From Spartobacteria bacterium (GTDB lineage Bacteria; Verrucomicrobiota; Verrucomicrobiia; Chthoniobacterales; Chthoniobacteraceae), in the NCBI GenBank assembly GCA_021324825.1, contig JAJPII010000029.1:15825-79824 (forward strand): 64,000 nt of DNA. Direction: 5' to 3'. Position 1 is the first letter of the stretch. Each line of letters begins with the position of its first letter. Shown here one piece after another: positions 44,575 to 55,434 of the stretch. The position numbers and the translations under genes are program-made. The notes beneath the pieces are model-generated. The model saw only the letters and a program-made list of their open reading frames with translations, was not told the DNA's origin and did not search any database.

Positions 44575-46359
44575 ATGAAAACCATGAGCGCAGAAATCCT
44601 ATCCGAAAACGACTCGTTCAATCCCGAGCAGAAAGAATATCTCCAAGGGTTCTTTGCGGGTCTGGAAGCGGTCAGGGCATTGCCATTCGTAGGACACACC
44701 GCTGATGGCAGAATCACCAACGTATCCGCCGCGGGGTTGCCAAACTCCGCGGCGGCCCAGGAGGAGGATACCGTCTTCGGGACGCCGGTCGCGGATTTGT
44801 GCGAGCAGGAAATCTGGAAACTCGAAAAGAACGGCCTTGATTTCTGGGACGAGATGCTGAAATACGCCGAGGAGGATAAGTTTCCCGATAAGCGGGACAC
44901 GTTCCTGTTTCGGTACCAAGGGCTGTTCTACGTGGCTCCGACGCAAAACTCGTTCATGCTGCGCGGACGGGTTCCCGCCGGAGAACTGAGGGCGGAGCAG
45001 TTGCGAGGACTGGCGGGCATTGCAGACGAATGGGGCGGCGGGTACATCGATCTTACGACGCGGGCGAATTTCCAGATTCGCGAGATCATGCCGCGCAATT
45101 GCATCAAGGTGCTGCTGCGCCTCCAGGAGCTGGGTCTTACCGCGCGCGGCTCCGGCGTCGATAACGTGCGCAACATCACCGCCTCGCCCACCGCCGGCAT
45201 TGACCCCGCGGAACTGATCGACACGCGCCCCATGGCCAAGGGCGTACACTATTATATATTGAACAACCGCGACCTGTACGGTCTGCCGCGCAAGTTCAAC
45301 ATCGCGTTCGACGGGGGCGGCTCGATCAGCGCCGCTGCGGACACGAACGACATCGGCTTCATCGCCGTGCGCGTCGGCGAAGGGCGCGGCGTTGAACCGG
45401 GCATTTATTTTCGCGCCGAACTGGCTGGCATCACAGGGCATCAGCAGTTCGCGCAAGACGCGGGCATTCTGCTGCGACCCAGCGAATCAGTCGCGGTCGC
45501 GGCTGCGATGCTTCGCGTATTCAACGAAAATGGCGACCGCACCAACCGCAAGAAGGCGCGCCTAAAATATCTCATTGACAAGTGGGGCTGCGATAAATTC
45601 GTGGATGAGACGGAGAAGAAACTCGCCTTTCCACTCACGCGGCTTCCGAGGGACAAATGCATCCCGCGCCATCCGGCAATCCCGCATGGGCACATCGGCG
45701 TGTACAAACAAGCCCAGCGGGGCCTCAACTACATCGGCGCGGTCATTACCGTTGGGCGCATAAAAACAAAACAAATGCGACGCCTCGCGGACATCGCCCA
45801 GCACTATGGATCGGGCGAAGTCAGGCTGACCGTCTGGCAAAATCTCATCATCCCGAACGTGCCCGACGCATTCGTGGAGACGGTGAAAAAGAATCTCGTG
45901 AAAATGGGATTTCATTATGAAACCACCGCGATCTCCGGCGGCCTCGTCGCCTGCACCGGCAATGCCGGTTGCAAATGGTCGTCGACGAACACCAAAGCGC
46001 AGGCAGTCATGCTCGCGCGGCATTTGGAAAAAAAACTCACGCTCGATCAGCCGCTCAACATTCACCTCACCGGCTGTCCGAACTCATGCGCGCAACACTA
46101 TATGGGCGACATCGGCCTTCTCGGAACGAAGGTCGGCAAGGAGAACAGCGAGGGCTATCACGTCTTTTTTGGCGGCGGCTTCGGCGAGCAGCAAGCGGTC
46201 GCGCGCGAAATTTTTCACGGCATTCCTTTCGACGAGTTGCCCGGCTTGCTCGAGCATGTGTTGAAAATCTATCTCGACCGGCGGAACCGCGGCGAAAGCT
46301 TCGCCGCCTTTACTCGCCGCCACGAAGTGAAGCAATTACAGGAGCTGTTCTCGGAGTAA
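44575..46359 (+). CDS. nirA: Siroheme/[4Fe-4S] nitrite (or sulfite) reductase hemoprotein, NirA-like
   Basis: About 594 aa (TTG at 44572, ATG at 44575). Motifs FRYQGLF, LRGRVPAGEL, TTRANFQIREI, cluster cysteines CTGNAGCKWS and TGCPNSCAQHY. The nitrite assignment is by context. Confidence 0.75.
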   Translation: MKTMSAEILSENDSFNPEQKEYLQGFFAGLEAVRALPFVGHTADGRITNVSAAGLPNSAAAQEEDTVFGTPVADLCEQEIWKLEKNGLDFWDEMLKYAEEDKFPDKRDTFLFRYQGLFYVAPTQNSFMLRGRVPAGELRAEQLRGLAGIADEWGGGYIDLTTRANFQIREIMPRNCIKVLLRLQELGLTARGSGVDNVRNITASPTAGIDPAELIDTRPMAKGVHYYILNNRDLYGLPRKFNIAFDGGGSISAAADTNDIGFIAVRVGEGRGVEPGIYFRAELAGITGHQQFAQDAGILLRPSESVAVAAAMLRVFNENGDRTNRKKARLKYLIDKWGCDKFVDETEKKLAFPLTRLPRDKCIPRHPAIPHGHIGVYKQAQRGLNYIGAVITVGRIKTKQMRRLADIAQHYGSGEVRLTVWQNLIIPNVPDAFVETVKKNLVKMGFHYETTAISGGLVACTGNAGCKWSSTNTKAQAVMLARHLEKKLTLDQPLNIHLTGCPNSCAQHYMGDIGLLGTKVGKENSEGYHVFFGGGFGEQQAVAREIFHGIPFDELPGLLEHVLKIYLDRRNRGESFAAFTRRHEVKQLQELFSE

Positions 46360-46363
46360 ATCC

Positions 46364-48184
46364 ATGGATAAGACATCGTTGACGACCAGCACCCCAGTTA
46401 GCGCGCCATTCATTCCCGACCATGCTCCGTTCACGCCCGCGCAGCGCGCGTGGTTGAATGGCTTTCTCGCCGCGATATTTTCCGCGCCCCGCGCCGGGGC
46501 GGCCGCGCCCGCGCCGCCGCCCGCGGCGACCAAAGTCAAAGTGTGCGTGCTCTTCGGGTCCGAAAGCGGGAACTGTGAAGCGCTCGCAAAGCGTTTGGCA
46601 AAAGTCGCGCAAGGCAAAGGCTACGACGCGGCGGCGAAAGGCCTGGACAAAATCAAGCTCCACGATCTCGCGAAGGAAAAGTACGCGCTCTTCGTTGCGA
46701 GCACATTCGGCGATGGGGAACCGCCGGAAAACGCGAAGGAGTTTCACGCCGCGCTGCTCGGGGGCGGCGCGCCGCGTTTGGAAAATCTCAGTTTCTCCAT
46801 CTGCGCGCTCGGCGACACGAATTACGAGAAGTTCTGCCAGTGTGGGAAAGACTTTGACGCCGGGCTGCATGCGCTGGGAGCTAAGCGGATTTTCGAGCGG
46901 GCGGATTGCAACGTCGACTTCGAGGAAACATTTCAGCAGTGGCAGGAGGGCGTCTTCAGCGTGCTGGACGCCATGGCGAAATCGGAAGGCGTGGCTCCCG
47001 CTTCAGCAAATGGCGCATCGCCGAAACTGGAGCCAGAACAGGCGCCGGAAGCCGCGGCAACGCTCGCTTATTCTCGCAAGAATCCGTTCCTCGCGACGCT
47101 GCTTACCAATCGCAAGCTTACGTCCGGCGACTCCGCGAAAGAAACACGCCATTATGAAATCTCGCTCGAAGGCTCTGGGCTGACTTACGAGGCCGGCGAC
47201 GCGCTCGGAGTTTTCCCCACGAATTGCCCCGCTCTTGTTGAGGATGTTTTGCGCGCGCTTAACTGCGACGGCGAGGAAGCGGTGCCGGCGCCCGACGGCA
47301 GCGAAGCGCCGTTGCGCATCGCGCTCACAAGGCATTACGAGATCAACAAAGCTCCTCCGCCCCTGCTTCAGACAATCGCCGAACGCAGCGCCGATAAGAC
47401 ATTGCGTGACATGCTTGATCCCTCGGCGAAGGACGCATTGAAGCATTATTTATGGGGCCGCGAGGTTGTCGATCTGCTGGTCGATTTCGCCTCTGCCAAA
47501 CTCAGCGCGGTCGAATTCGTCGGGTTGCTCAAGAGTTTGCAGCCTCGTCTCTACTCGATTTCGTCGAGCCTCAAAGCGTTTCCGAACCAGGTGCATCTAA
47601 CCGTGGCCGCCGTGCGCTATGAGAGCTTCGGACGCAAGCGCAAGGGCGTCTGCTCGACGTTTCTCGCGGATCGGGCAAACGGCGCGGTCCCGGTCTTCAT
47701 CCAAACCTCGCACAGCTTCCGTACGCCGCGGGACGGCGGCACGCCGATGATCATGGTCGGCCCCGGCACCGGCGTGGCGCCGTTCCGCGCGTTCCTGCAT
47801 GACCGGCGCGCGACCGGGGCGAAAGGCGTCAACTGGCTTTTCTTCGGGGAGCAGCGGGCGGCGACAGACTTTTTCTACCGGGACGAATTCGACGCGATGC
47901 TCGCGGACGGACATCTCACAAAACTCAGCACGGCGTTTTCCCGCGACCAGGCGGAGAAGGTTTACGTGCAGCATCGGATGCTGGAACATGCTGCGGATCT
48001 CTGGAAATGGTTGCAGGACGGCGCCCACTTTTATGTGTGCGGAGACGCCACCCGCATGGCGAAGGACGTGGACGCCGCATTGCACAGCGTCATCGAAACC
48101 GCAGGCGGCCTGAGCAGGGATGACGCGGAGGCTTACGTGCAAAAATTGAAGACCGACAAGCGCTACCAACGGGACGTTTACTAA
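46364..48184 (+). CDS. CysJ-like diflavin reductase (flavodoxin plus FAD/NADPH ferredoxin-reductase modules)
   Basis: 606 aa. Flavodoxin VCVLFGSESGNCEALA...STFGDGEPP. FAD RLYSISSS. NADPH GPGTGVAPFRAF. C-terminal YQRDVY. Confidence 0.85.
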   Translation: MDKTSLTTSTPVSAPFIPDHAPFTPAQRAWLNGFLAAIFSAPRAGAAAPAPPPAATKVKVCVLFGSESGNCEALAKRLAKVAQGKGYDAAAKGLDKIKLHDLAKEKYALFVASTFGDGEPPENAKEFHAALLGGGAPRLENLSFSICALGDTNYEKFCQCGKDFDAGLHALGAKRIFERADCNVDFEETFQQWQEGVFSVLDAMAKSEGVAPASANGASPKLEPEQAPEAAATLAYSRKNPFLATLLTNRKLTSGDSAKETRHYEISLEGSGLTYEAGDALGVFPTNCPALVEDVLRALNCDGEEAVPAPDGSEAPLRIALTRHYEINKAPPPLLQTIAERSADKTLRDMLDPSAKDALKHYLWGREVVDLLVDFASAKLSAVEFVGLLKSLQPRLYSISSSLKAFPNQVHLTVAAVRYESFGRKRKGVCSTFLADRANGAVPVFIQTSHSFRTPRDGGTPMIMVGPGTGVAPFRAFLHDRRATGAKGVNWLFFGEQRAATDFFYRDEFDAMLADGHLTKLSTAFSRDQAEKVYVQHRMLEHAADLWKWLQDGAHFYVCGDATRMAKDVDAALHSVIETAGGLSRDDAEAYVQKLKTDKRYQRDVY

Positions 48185-48186
48185 CG

Positions 48187-49875
48187 GTGCCTGCCACACA
48201 AGATTTCAGCGAATCGCGCACGCTCATCGACGACCTGCTGGCCGAGCAGCAGACAATGACGGCGGCGGCTAAATTCTCGCGTTTGCACGAACGTCATCAG
48301 CTCCCCGCGCAAGCCAGATACTACCGCGACCTCATCCCGCTGGAGCGTCCGCGCGACGGGGAGCAGTATGCCTTTGCGGTCGATCTGGATGGCTGCACGG
48401 GGTGCAAGGCGTGCGTCACGGCATGCCATAATTTGAACGGCCTCGACGATGACGAGACATGGCGCGAAGTAGGCGTCCTTTTTGGAGGGACGGTTCTCGA
48501 ACCGGTGCAGCAGACGGTGACGACGGCGTGCCACCACTGCGTTGACCCGGCGTGCATGAACGGCTGCCCGGTGCTCGCGTACGAAAAGGATCCCGTGACC
48601 GGCATCGTGCGGCATTTGGACGACCAGTGCATCGGCTGTCAATACTGCATTTTGAAATGCCCCTACGATGTGCCGAAGTATTCCAAAAAACGCGGCATCG
48701 TGCGGAAGTGCGACATGTGTTCCTCTCGGCTGGCGGTCAACGAAGCGCCCGCCTGCGTGCAGGCATGCCCGAACGAGGCGATCCGAATCGAAGTCGTGAA
48801 CAAAGCGGAGATGGTGCGGGAAGCGGCGCTCGGGAAATTTCTGCCCGACTCGCCGGACCCGGCTTACACAAAGCCGACTACACTTTATCGAACCAAAAGA
48901 AAATTCCCGGCAAACATGCAGGGGGGCGATTATTTCCACGTGAAGCCGGAGCACTCGCATCCGGCGCTTGTGGTGATGCTGGTGCTCACGCAATTATCGG
49001 TCGGCGCGTTCGGCATGGCGGTGCTTTTGCGAACGGTGTTTTCCGCGCCGCTGGTGGCGCGGTTCACGCCCTTTCACTCGCTGGTCGCGCTCGCGCTCGG
49101 GCTTCTGGCGCTGGGCGCGAGCACGATGCATCTGGGCCGGCCCCTCTACGCTTGGAGGGCTTTTGTGGGATTGCGCACATCGTGGTTGAGCCGCGAGATC
49201 ATGGCTTTCGGCGGTTTCGCGGCACTGGCGAGCCTCTATGCGGGGTCCTTCTGGCTCTCGCTCTTCGCGAAAACCGCGGGCCTTGCCATTCCCGGCATGT
49301 GGGCTTTGCCGATCGCGCAGCGAGCATCGGGGATACTTGTCGTCTTCAGTGGGATTATCGGCATCGCTTGTTCCGCGATGATTTATCATGATACCCAGCG
49401 GAAGTTTTGGTCGGACGCGAGGACATTCCTGAAATTCTTCGGAACCGCGGCGCTGCTCGGACCCGCGACAATCCTCTTCACTATGACGGCGCAGACGCTG
49501 TGGTTCACGACTGCCCGGCATGACCCGGCCTTTCGCGAAATCTGTTCCTTGCTCGCAGCGGCCGTCCTGGCAGTAAGCGCCATGAAGCTGGCATGGGAGC
49601 TTTCGATCTTTGTGCATCTGCGCGACCCTGAGTTCTCGCTGATGAAGCGTACGGCGCTTTTGATGCGAGGCGAACTGAAAGCGATAACGCTGGCGCGGTT
49701 TATCTTTGCCTTTATGGGGGGCATGGCTCTGCCGCTGGCCGTCCTGCTTGGCATGACGGAGCCTGCGTTCGCGCTGGCCGTCATGCCGCTCTGTTTGCTC
49801 GGGGAGTTGCTGGAGCGCTCTCTGTTTTTCACGGCGGTTATTCCGCCGAAGATGCCTGGCGGGGTGGCTGCATGA
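48187..49875 (+). CDS. Fusion of a 4Fe-4S dicluster ferredoxin (DmsB-like) to a DmsC-like polytopic membrane anchor
   Basis: 562 aa with a GTG start. Cys clusters [37 protein letters not shown] and CDMCSSRL...CVQACP. These are followed by about 8 TM helices containing [24 protein letters not shown] (DmsC-type). The stop overlaps the ATG of the molybdoenzyme (ATGA at 49872-49875). Confidence 0.7.
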   Translation: MPATQDFSESRTLIDDLLAEQQTMTAAAKFSRLHERHQLPAQARYYRDLIPLERPRDGEQYAFAVDLDGCTGCKACVTACHNLNGLDDDETWREVGVLFGGTVLEPVQQTVTTACHHCVDPACMNGCPVLAYEKDPVTGIVRHLDDQCIGCQYCILKCPYDVPKYSKKRGIVRKCDMCSSRLAVNEAPACVQACPNEAIRIEVVNKAEMVREAALGKFLPDSPDPAYTKPTTLYRTKRKFPANMQGGDYFHVKPEHSHPALVVMLVLTQLSVGAFGMAVLLRTVFSAPLVARFTPFHSLVALALGLLALGASTMHLGRPLYAWRAFVGLRTSWLSREIMAFGGFAALASLYAGSFWLSLFAKTAGLAIPGMWALPIAQRASGILVVFSGIIGIACSAMIYHDTQRKFWSDARTFLKFFGTAALLGPATILFTMTAQTLWFTTARHDPAFREICSLLAAAVLAVSAMKLAWELSIFVHLRDPEFSLMKRTALLMRGELKAITLARFIFAFMGGMALPLAVLLGMTEPAFALAVMPLCLLGELLERSLFFTAVIPPKMPGGVAA

Positions 49876-52115
49876 AAGATCATCCGCTCATAAAAAAGAT
49901 CGGCTCGTTGATTCGCGCGCACGATGGCGCGCTGACGCAAGACCTTGTGCAGCATCCAGGCGAATTCGGCCTGGGCAAAGTCCCGGCCCGGCTGATGCCC
50001 GACGACACCACCACGACGATCTGCGGCTTCTGTTCGACCGGTTGCGGATTGAACGTTCATCTCAAGAATGGAGAAGCGATCAATCTCACCCCGACGACGG
50101 ATTATCCGGTAAACCTCGGCATGGCTTGCCCGAAAGGGTGGGAGGCGTTGACGCCCTTGCGCTCAGCGGACCGGGCGACGACGCCCTATCTTCGAAATAC
50201 GAGCGGAACGCTGGAGCCTGTGGATTGGGACACGGCGCTTCAAGTTTTCACGGTTCGGTTCAAGGCGATCCAGGACCAGCATGGCAAGGAGTCCATCGCA
50301 TTCTTGAGCACTGGGCAGATTTGCACCGAAGAGATGGCGCTTCTTGGCGCGCTCGCCAAATTCGGCATGGGGATGCTGCACGGCGACGGGAATACGCGGC
50401 AGTGCATGGCCACGGCGGTAACGGCCTATAAACAGTCCTTCGGCTTTGACGCTCCCCCTTATACCTACGCGGATTTCGAAGAGTCGGACGTGCTCGTCTT
50501 CGTCGGCTCGAACCTCTGCATCGCGCACCCAATCATGTGGGAGCGTGTCTGCCGGAACAAAAATAATCCCGAAATCATCGTCGTCGATCCCCGTAAAACG
50601 GAAACGGCGATGGCGGCGACGCAACATTACGCAATAACGCCGAAGTCCGATCTCACGCTGCTTTACGGGCTCGCAAATATTCTCATCGCGAGTGGCTGGA
50701 TCGATCTGGATTATATTGAAAAACATACAAGCGGATTCGAGGAATTCGTCCGATTCGTCACGCGGTTTACATCCGATACCGTAAGCGCGGCGACAGGGAT
50801 CAGTGTCGAAAATCTGTGGCGTTTCGCCGATACGATTCATCGGGGGAAACGGGTCTCGTTTTGGTGGACGATGGGTGTGAATCAGGGGCACGAGGCCACA
50901 CGCACGGCGCAGGCGATCATCAATCTCGCCCTGATGACGGGAAACCTCGGACGTCCCGGCACGGGCGCCAATTCCGTCACGGGCCAGTGCAACGCGATGG
51001 GCTCCCGCCTCTTCAGCAACACGACGAATATGCTCGGCGGTCACGATTTTCTGAATGAAGCGCATCGGAAAAAGGTCGCGGCGGTGCTGGGCATCGACGT
51101 GGGTTGTGTGCCCTCGCAAAACTCATGGGCGTATGACCAGATCATCGATGGAATCGAAAGCGACAAGATCAAGGGGCTGTGGATCATCGCAACGAATACT
51201 TCGCATTCGTGGATCAATCAGCGATCATTCAACGAACTGACGAAGAAGCTCGATTTTCTTGTCGTGCAGGATATGTATTACACGACCGAAACGGCGCAGC
51301 GCGCGCACCTTGTGTTGCCCGCGGCCGGGTGGGGTGAGAAGGAGGGGACATTCATCAACTCGGAACGGCGTCATGGTTTGGTCAAAAAGGTTTCGCGGGC
51401 GCCGGGGCAGGCGCTGTCGGACTTTAACATCTTCAAACTCGTTGCTCAGTATTGGGGCTGCGGCGACATGTTTGCGCGCTGGTCTTCGCCTGAGGAGGCA
51501 TTCCAGATCATGAAAGAGCTTTCGCGGGGGCAGCCCTGCGATATCACCGGCATCGACGACTATCTCATGCTGGACCGCGCCGGCGGCGTGCAATGGCCGT
51601 GGAGCGGCGAATCCACTTCCGCAAATGCCGGGGCCGTAAACGAGGAGCGGGCGCTCCCAGGACAGGAACGGCGGCTCTTTGAGGACGGCGCCTACTTCCA
51701 TGCGGATGCCAGGGCACGGTTTCTCTTCTCCGAGCCATGCGAGGCGCCGGAGCCGGTCGACGATGAATATCCCTTTACGCTGCTCACGGGACGCGGCACT
51801 TCCTCCCAGTGGCACACGCAGACGCGCACTGCGAAATCGGCGGTGTTGCGGAAGCTCTACCCCGAGAACGCCTACGTCGAAATCAATCCCCTGGACGCGG
51901 AGCGGCTGGGCATCGCTTCCGGCACGCTGGTGGCCGTCGTGTCGCGGCGGGCGCGCGTCGAAGCGAGTGCTTTTATTGCAATGACCGTCCAAAAGGGCCA
52001 GGTTTTCATGCCGATGCACTATGCCGTGACCAATGAACTCACGTTTCCATCGTTCGATCCGTTCTCGCGCCAGCCCAACTACAAAGCCTGCGCGGTGCGG
52101 GTAGAAAAAGCGTGA
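49872..52115 (+). CDS. nasA: Molybdopterin oxidoreductase, assimilatory nitrate reductase type (NasA/NasC/NarB family)
   Basis: 747 aa. N-terminal 4Fe-4S motif CGFCSTGCG...[20 protein letters not shown] carries the Cys Mo ligand. MGD-binding blocks are present. There is no twin-arginine leader. Confidence 0.85.
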   Translation: MKDHPLIKKIGSLIRAHDGALTQDLVQHPGEFGLGKVPARLMPDDTTTTICGFCSTGCGLNVHLKNGEAINLTPTTDYPVNLGMACPKGWEALTPLRSADRATTPYLRNTSGTLEPVDWDTALQVFTVRFKAIQDQHGKESIAFLSTGQICTEEMALLGALAKFGMGMLHGDGNTRQCMATAVTAYKQSFGFDAPPYTYADFEESDVLVFVGSNLCIAHPIMWERVCRNKNNPEIIVVDPRKTETAMAATQHYAITPKSDLTLLYGLANILIASGWIDLDYIEKHTSGFEEFVRFVTRFTSDTVSAATGISVENLWRFADTIHRGKRVSFWWTMGVNQGHEATRTAQAIINLALMTGNLGRPGTGANSVTGQCNAMGSRLFSNTTNMLGGHDFLNEAHRKKVAAVLGIDVGCVPSQNSWAYDQIIDGIESDKIKGLWIIATNTSHSWINQRSFNELTKKLDFLVVQDMYYTTETAQRAHLVLPAAGWGEKEGTFINSERRHGLVKKVSRAPGQALSDFNIFKLVAQYWGCGDMFARWSSPEEAFQIMKELSRGQPCDITGIDDYLMLDRAGGVQWPWSGESTSANAGAVNEERALPGQERRLFEDGAYFHADARARFLFSEPCEAPEPVDDEYPFTLLTGRGTSSQWHTQTRTAKSAVLRKLYPENAYVEINPLDAERLGIASGTLVAVVSRRARVEASAFIAMTVQKGQVFMPMHYAVTNELTFPSFDPFSRQPNYKACAVRVEKA

Positions 52116-52130
52116 CGCCCAAACGCCCGC

Positions 52131-53123
52131 ATGCATAACTCCCCCGCCCCTCTTGATGCTGTTTCGCGTCCCGTGGATTACCTGCGTATTTCCATCACGG
52201 ATCGGTGCAATGAGCGGTGCCTTTATTGCCTGCCAGAGGGTTTCACGGCATGGACGGAGCGCGAGGAAATCCTAACCTATGAGGAATTGCTGCACGTTGC
52301 GCGGGCCGCGACGGCGCTCGGTTTCCGCAAATTCCGCGTCACCGGCGGCGAGCCGTTGGTGCGGCGAAACGCGAGTGACTTCCTGGCCGCCCTGATCGCG
52401 CAGCCGGGAGTCGAACACGTCGGCCTCTCGACCAATGGCATCCGGCTTTCCGCCTCTGCGCGTGCGCTCGCTGAAGCCGGGTTGCGCAGCGCGAACATCA
52501 GCCTCGACGCGGTTGAGCCGGCGATTTATCGGCGCATTACAGGCGGCAATGTGCGAGAAGTCATCGCCGGCATCGAAGCGGCGCAGGCCGCCGGTATTTC
52601 GACGATCAAGCTGAACGCCGTGCTCATTCGTGGTGTAAATGAAAATCAAATCTGGCCGCTCGTGCAATTTGCCGCGAGCCGCGAGTTGATTCTGCGCTTC
52701 ATCGAATTGATGCCGGTCAGTCTTACAAGCGTGCTGAACGAGGAAAACTTTTTCCCGGTCGGCGAAGCAAAGAAAGCCGTCGCCAGCCGGACGGCGATGA
52801 TTCCGGACCTCACGCGCCATGGAAACGGCCCCGCGGCCTACTACCGGCTGCCGGAATTATCGGCGACAGTCGGTTTTATCGGCGCGCTCACCGATCTTCA
52901 TTTTTGTGAAACGTGCAATAAAATGCGCCTCACTGCGGATGGAAGCATTCGCCCATGCCTCGGGAATCACGGAGAGATCGACCTCAAGCCGGCGTTGCGA
53001 CCTCGCGCGGATGCAGCACGGCTGCGGAAGTTATTTTTGCAAGCGTTGCGCGACAAGCCGCGCGAGCATAGTTTTCGAGACCGGTATCAGCCGAACCGGG
53101 TAATGACGGCCATCGGCGGCTGA
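52131..53123 (+). CDS. moaA: GTP 3',8-cyclase MoaA (radical SAM)
   Basis: 330 aa. Motifs YLRISITDRCNERCLYCLPEG and the C-terminal cluster CETCNKMRLTADG. Confidence 0.9.
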   Translation: MHNSPAPLDAVSRPVDYLRISITDRCNERCLYCLPEGFTAWTEREEILTYEELLHVARAATALGFRKFRVTGGEPLVRRNASDFLAALIAQPGVEHVGLSTNGIRLSASARALAEAGLRSANISLDAVEPAIYRRITGGNVREVIAGIEAAQAAGISTIKLNAVLIRGVNENQIWPLVQFAASRELILRFIELMPVSLTSVLNEENFFPVGEAKKAVASRTAMIPDLTRHGNGPAAYYRLPELSATVGFIGALTDLHFCETCNKMRLTADGSIRPCLGNHGEIDLKPALRPRADAARLRKLFLQALRDKPREHSFRDRYQPNRVMTAIGG

Positions 53124-53136
53124 CGAATCATTTTTT

Positions 53137-53376
53137 ATGAAGGTCAAGTTTTTTGCCCAACTGCGTACAGTCACGGGTCTGGATGAATGCGATTTGGCGG
53201 TACGCGAACCGCTGAACGCCGAGCAATTGTGGAAGCTGCTCGATTCAAAATTTCCGGGCTTGTCGCGATGGCAAGCAGCGACACGGATTGCACGCAACAT
53301 GACTTACGTCGATGAAGGAACCCATCTGCATGATGGCGATGAAATCGCGCTGATCCCGCCCGTCTCCGGTGGCTGA
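53137..53376 (+). CDS. moaD: Molybdopterin synthase sulfur-carrier subunit MoaD
   Basis: 79 aa, ubiquitin-like, ending in ...PPVSGG. Located between moaA and moaE. Confidence 0.75.
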   Translation: MKVKFFAQLRTVTGLDECDLAVREPLNAEQLWKLLDSKFPGLSRWQAATRIARNMTYVDEGTHLHDGDEIALIPPVSGG

Positions 53377-53378
53377 AG

Positions 53379-53783
53379 ATGATGCCTCGTATATCCATTG
53401 AAATAAAAAATCGTCCCCTCGGATCGGCTCCCGCGCCCGTCGGCGACTGCGGAGCTGTCGTGGATTTCCGCGGCGTAGTGCGCGGCGAGGAAGATGGGAA
53501 GCCGATCTCCGCTCTCGAGTATCACGCTTATCAACCAATGGCCGAACGTGAGATGAACCGGATCGTGCGCGAATTGACGGACGAGTTTGCGTGCTTCGAT
53601 GTTTACATCGCGCATCGCGTCGGTATTGTGCCGGCCGGCGAAGCGGCGATCCTCGTGCGAGTTGCAGCCCGGCACCGCGGACCGGCATTTTGCTTCCTTC
53701 CAGAGTTTATGGACCGCCTCAAAATCGACGTGCCGATTTGGAAGGTTCGCTCCATCCCCGCAGGGGTGGTCTCCCCAACATGA
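53379..53783 (+). CDS. moaE: Molybdopterin synthase catalytic subunit MoaE
   Basis: 134 aa. GAVVDFRGVVRGE...LEYHAYQPMAE is typical of MoaE. The stop overlaps the moeA ATG (ATGA). Confidence 0.75.
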   Translation: MMPRISIEIKNRPLGSAPAPVGDCGAVVDFRGVVRGEEDGKPISALEYHAYQPMAEREMNRIVRELTDEFACFDVYIAHRVGIVPAGEAAILVRVAARHRGPAFCFLPEFMDRLKIDVPIWKVRSIPAGVVSPT

Positions 53784-54961
53784 TTTCCGTTGCGGAGACC
53801 GCGACGCTCATTCTATCGAAAGCCTTGGCGCTGGATGTGGAACGAGTCCCGCTCGCTTCGGCGCTTCACCGCGTTTTGCGCGAAGACATCGTGGCGGATT
53901 TGGACTCGCCGCGCTTCGACTGCTCGGCAATGGACGGTTACGCTCTCCGAACTGTCGATATGGCCGGACGCTTGAGGATTACCGGTGAGATTCCGGCGGG
54001 GCACGACAGCGATTTAAGGATCGGCAGCGGCGAATGCGCGCGCATATTCACCGGCGGGCGAGTTCCATCCGGCGCGGATCGCGTGGTGATGCAGGAGGAT
54101 GTCGAGGTCGAAGGGGAATTCATTCGCATCAAAGGCGGGAGCATCGCTACGCATGTGCGCCGAAAAGGCGAGAATTACAGGGGGGGCGATGTGCTCGTGC
54201 GCGCCGGACAGCGCCTGCGCGCGGCGGAACTCGCGACGCTGGCAAATTGCGGCGTCTCCGTTCCGCTTGTGACGCGGCGGGCGCGCGTCGTCCACTTCGT
54301 CACCGGAGACGAAGTGGTCGCCCCCGAACAGACGCCAACAGGCGCACAGGTGCGGGACTGCAATTCGATCCTGATTTCCTCGTTGCTGGCTGAACAGGGC
54401 GCCCGGCTTGTCGTGCAGCAGCTCCTTGGCGATTCCCTCGAAGAGCAACACGATGCGCTCGCAGCCCAGGATTTCGATGTGGCGTTCATCTCAGGCGGAG
54501 CCAGCGTGGGAGACTACGATTTTACACGTCCCGTGCTGAAGGCAGCCGGTTTCTCGATCCATGCGGAGAAGGTGAATCTGCGTCCCGGCAAACCGCTTGT
54601 GTTCGCCACGCGCGGCAGGCAACTCGCGTTCGGGCTGCCAGGAAATCCCGTTTCGCACTGGGTCATCTTCCAGCTTTTTCTTGTACCGCTCTTCGAGAAA
54701 TTGCGCGGGTGCATCGCGAGAAACGCCTGGCGGCGGGGCCGTTTCCAAAAGGACTTCGCGGCTGCTCCGAATGCGCGCGAAACGTATTGGCCGGCCTCGG
54801 CAGAATTCGAGGAGGGGGAATACAGACTGCGACCGCTGCGGTTTGTGAGCTCGGGGGACATCGCCGGGCTTGCCGGGGCGAATGCGCTCGTTAAGATCGC
54901 GCCGAACCGCGAGTGTATCGGCGAGACGGAAACGGCGGACTTTTTATTGTGCGAACCATGA
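53780..54961 (+). CDS. moeA: Molybdopterin molybdotransferase MoeA
   Basis: ORF 53591..54961, trimmed to the ATG at 53780 ([12 protein letters not shown]). Motifs [20 protein letters not shown] and LPGNPVS. Confidence 0.85.
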   Translation: MISVAETATLILSKALALDVERVPLASALHRVLREDIVADLDSPRFDCSAMDGYALRTVDMAGRLRITGEIPAGHDSDLRIGSGECARIFTGGRVPSGADRVVMQEDVEVEGEFIRIKGGSIATHVRRKGENYRGGDVLVRAGQRLRAAELATLANCGVSVPLVTRRARVVHFVTGDEVVAPEQTPTGAQVRDCNSILISSLLAEQGARLVVQQLLGDSLEEQHDALAAQDFDVAFISGGASVGDYDFTRPVLKAAGFSIHAEKVNLRPGKPLVFATRGRQLAFGLPGNPVSHWVIFQLFLVPLFEKLRGCIARNAWRRGRFQKDFAAAPNARETYWPASAEFEEGEYRLRPLRFVSSGDIAGLAGANALVKIAPNRECIGETETADFLLCEP

Positions 54962-55434
54962 AGACATCCGGTGGAAAGACGGGCAAGGCCGGGTTCTCCC
55001 ATCTCACGGCTTCGGGCGAGGCGCGCATGGTGAATGTCGCGCATAAGCCGGAGCAGCTTCGCCGCGCGGTGGCGACCGGGTTTCTCCGCTGCGGGAGCGC
55101 GACGATTTCGTTATTATTAAAGAAGCGCTCGCTGCCGAAAGGCGACGTGTTGACCGTCGCGAAGATCGCCGGCATCCAGGCGGCGAAGAGCACGAGTGTG
55201 CTGATCCCCCTTTGCCACCCATTGGCGCTGCACTGGGTCGAAGTTGCTTTTGAAATCGAAGCGGACGGTGTGCGGATCGAGGCAAGCGCGGAAACCACGG
55301 GCAAGACAGGTGTTGAAATGGAAGCCCTTACTGCGGTCTGCGTGGCGGCGCTGACGATCTATGACATGTGCAAAGCGGTGGATAAGTCGATGGTGATCGA
55401 AGCCGTGCGGCTTGCCAGCAAAACCAAGTCGTGA
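54958..55434 (+). CDS. moaC: Cyclic pyranopterin monophosphate synthase MoaC
   Basis: ORF 54913..55434, trimmed to the ATG at 54958 (overlaps the moeA stop). Motifs [42 protein letters not shown]. Confidence 0.85.
   Translation: MKTSGGKTGKAGFSHLTASGEARMVNVAHKPEQLRRAVATGFLRCGSATISLLLKKRSLPKGDVLTVAKIAGIQAAKSTSVLIPLCHPLALHWVEVAFEIEADGVRIEASAETTGKTGVEMEALTAVCVAALTIYDMCKAVDKSMVIEAVRLASKTKS

Noticed and set aside
44575-48184. Reading the hemoprotein plus diflavin reductase pair as an ordinary cysIJ NADPH-sulfite reductase.
   Set aside because: Not excluded by sequence alone. However, the pair is embedded between narK and a NAS-type nitrate reductase, with no cysH, cysD or cysN nearby. Nitrite reduction is the more economical reading, and the point is flagged as a refutation test in the findings.
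49872-50010. Possible Tat (twin-arginine) leader on the nitrate-reductase-like molybdoenzyme, which would make it periplasmic (Nap-like).
   Set aside because: The N-terminus ([19 protein letters not shown]...) has no RR motif and no hydrophobic h-region. The enzyme is treated as cytoplasmic.
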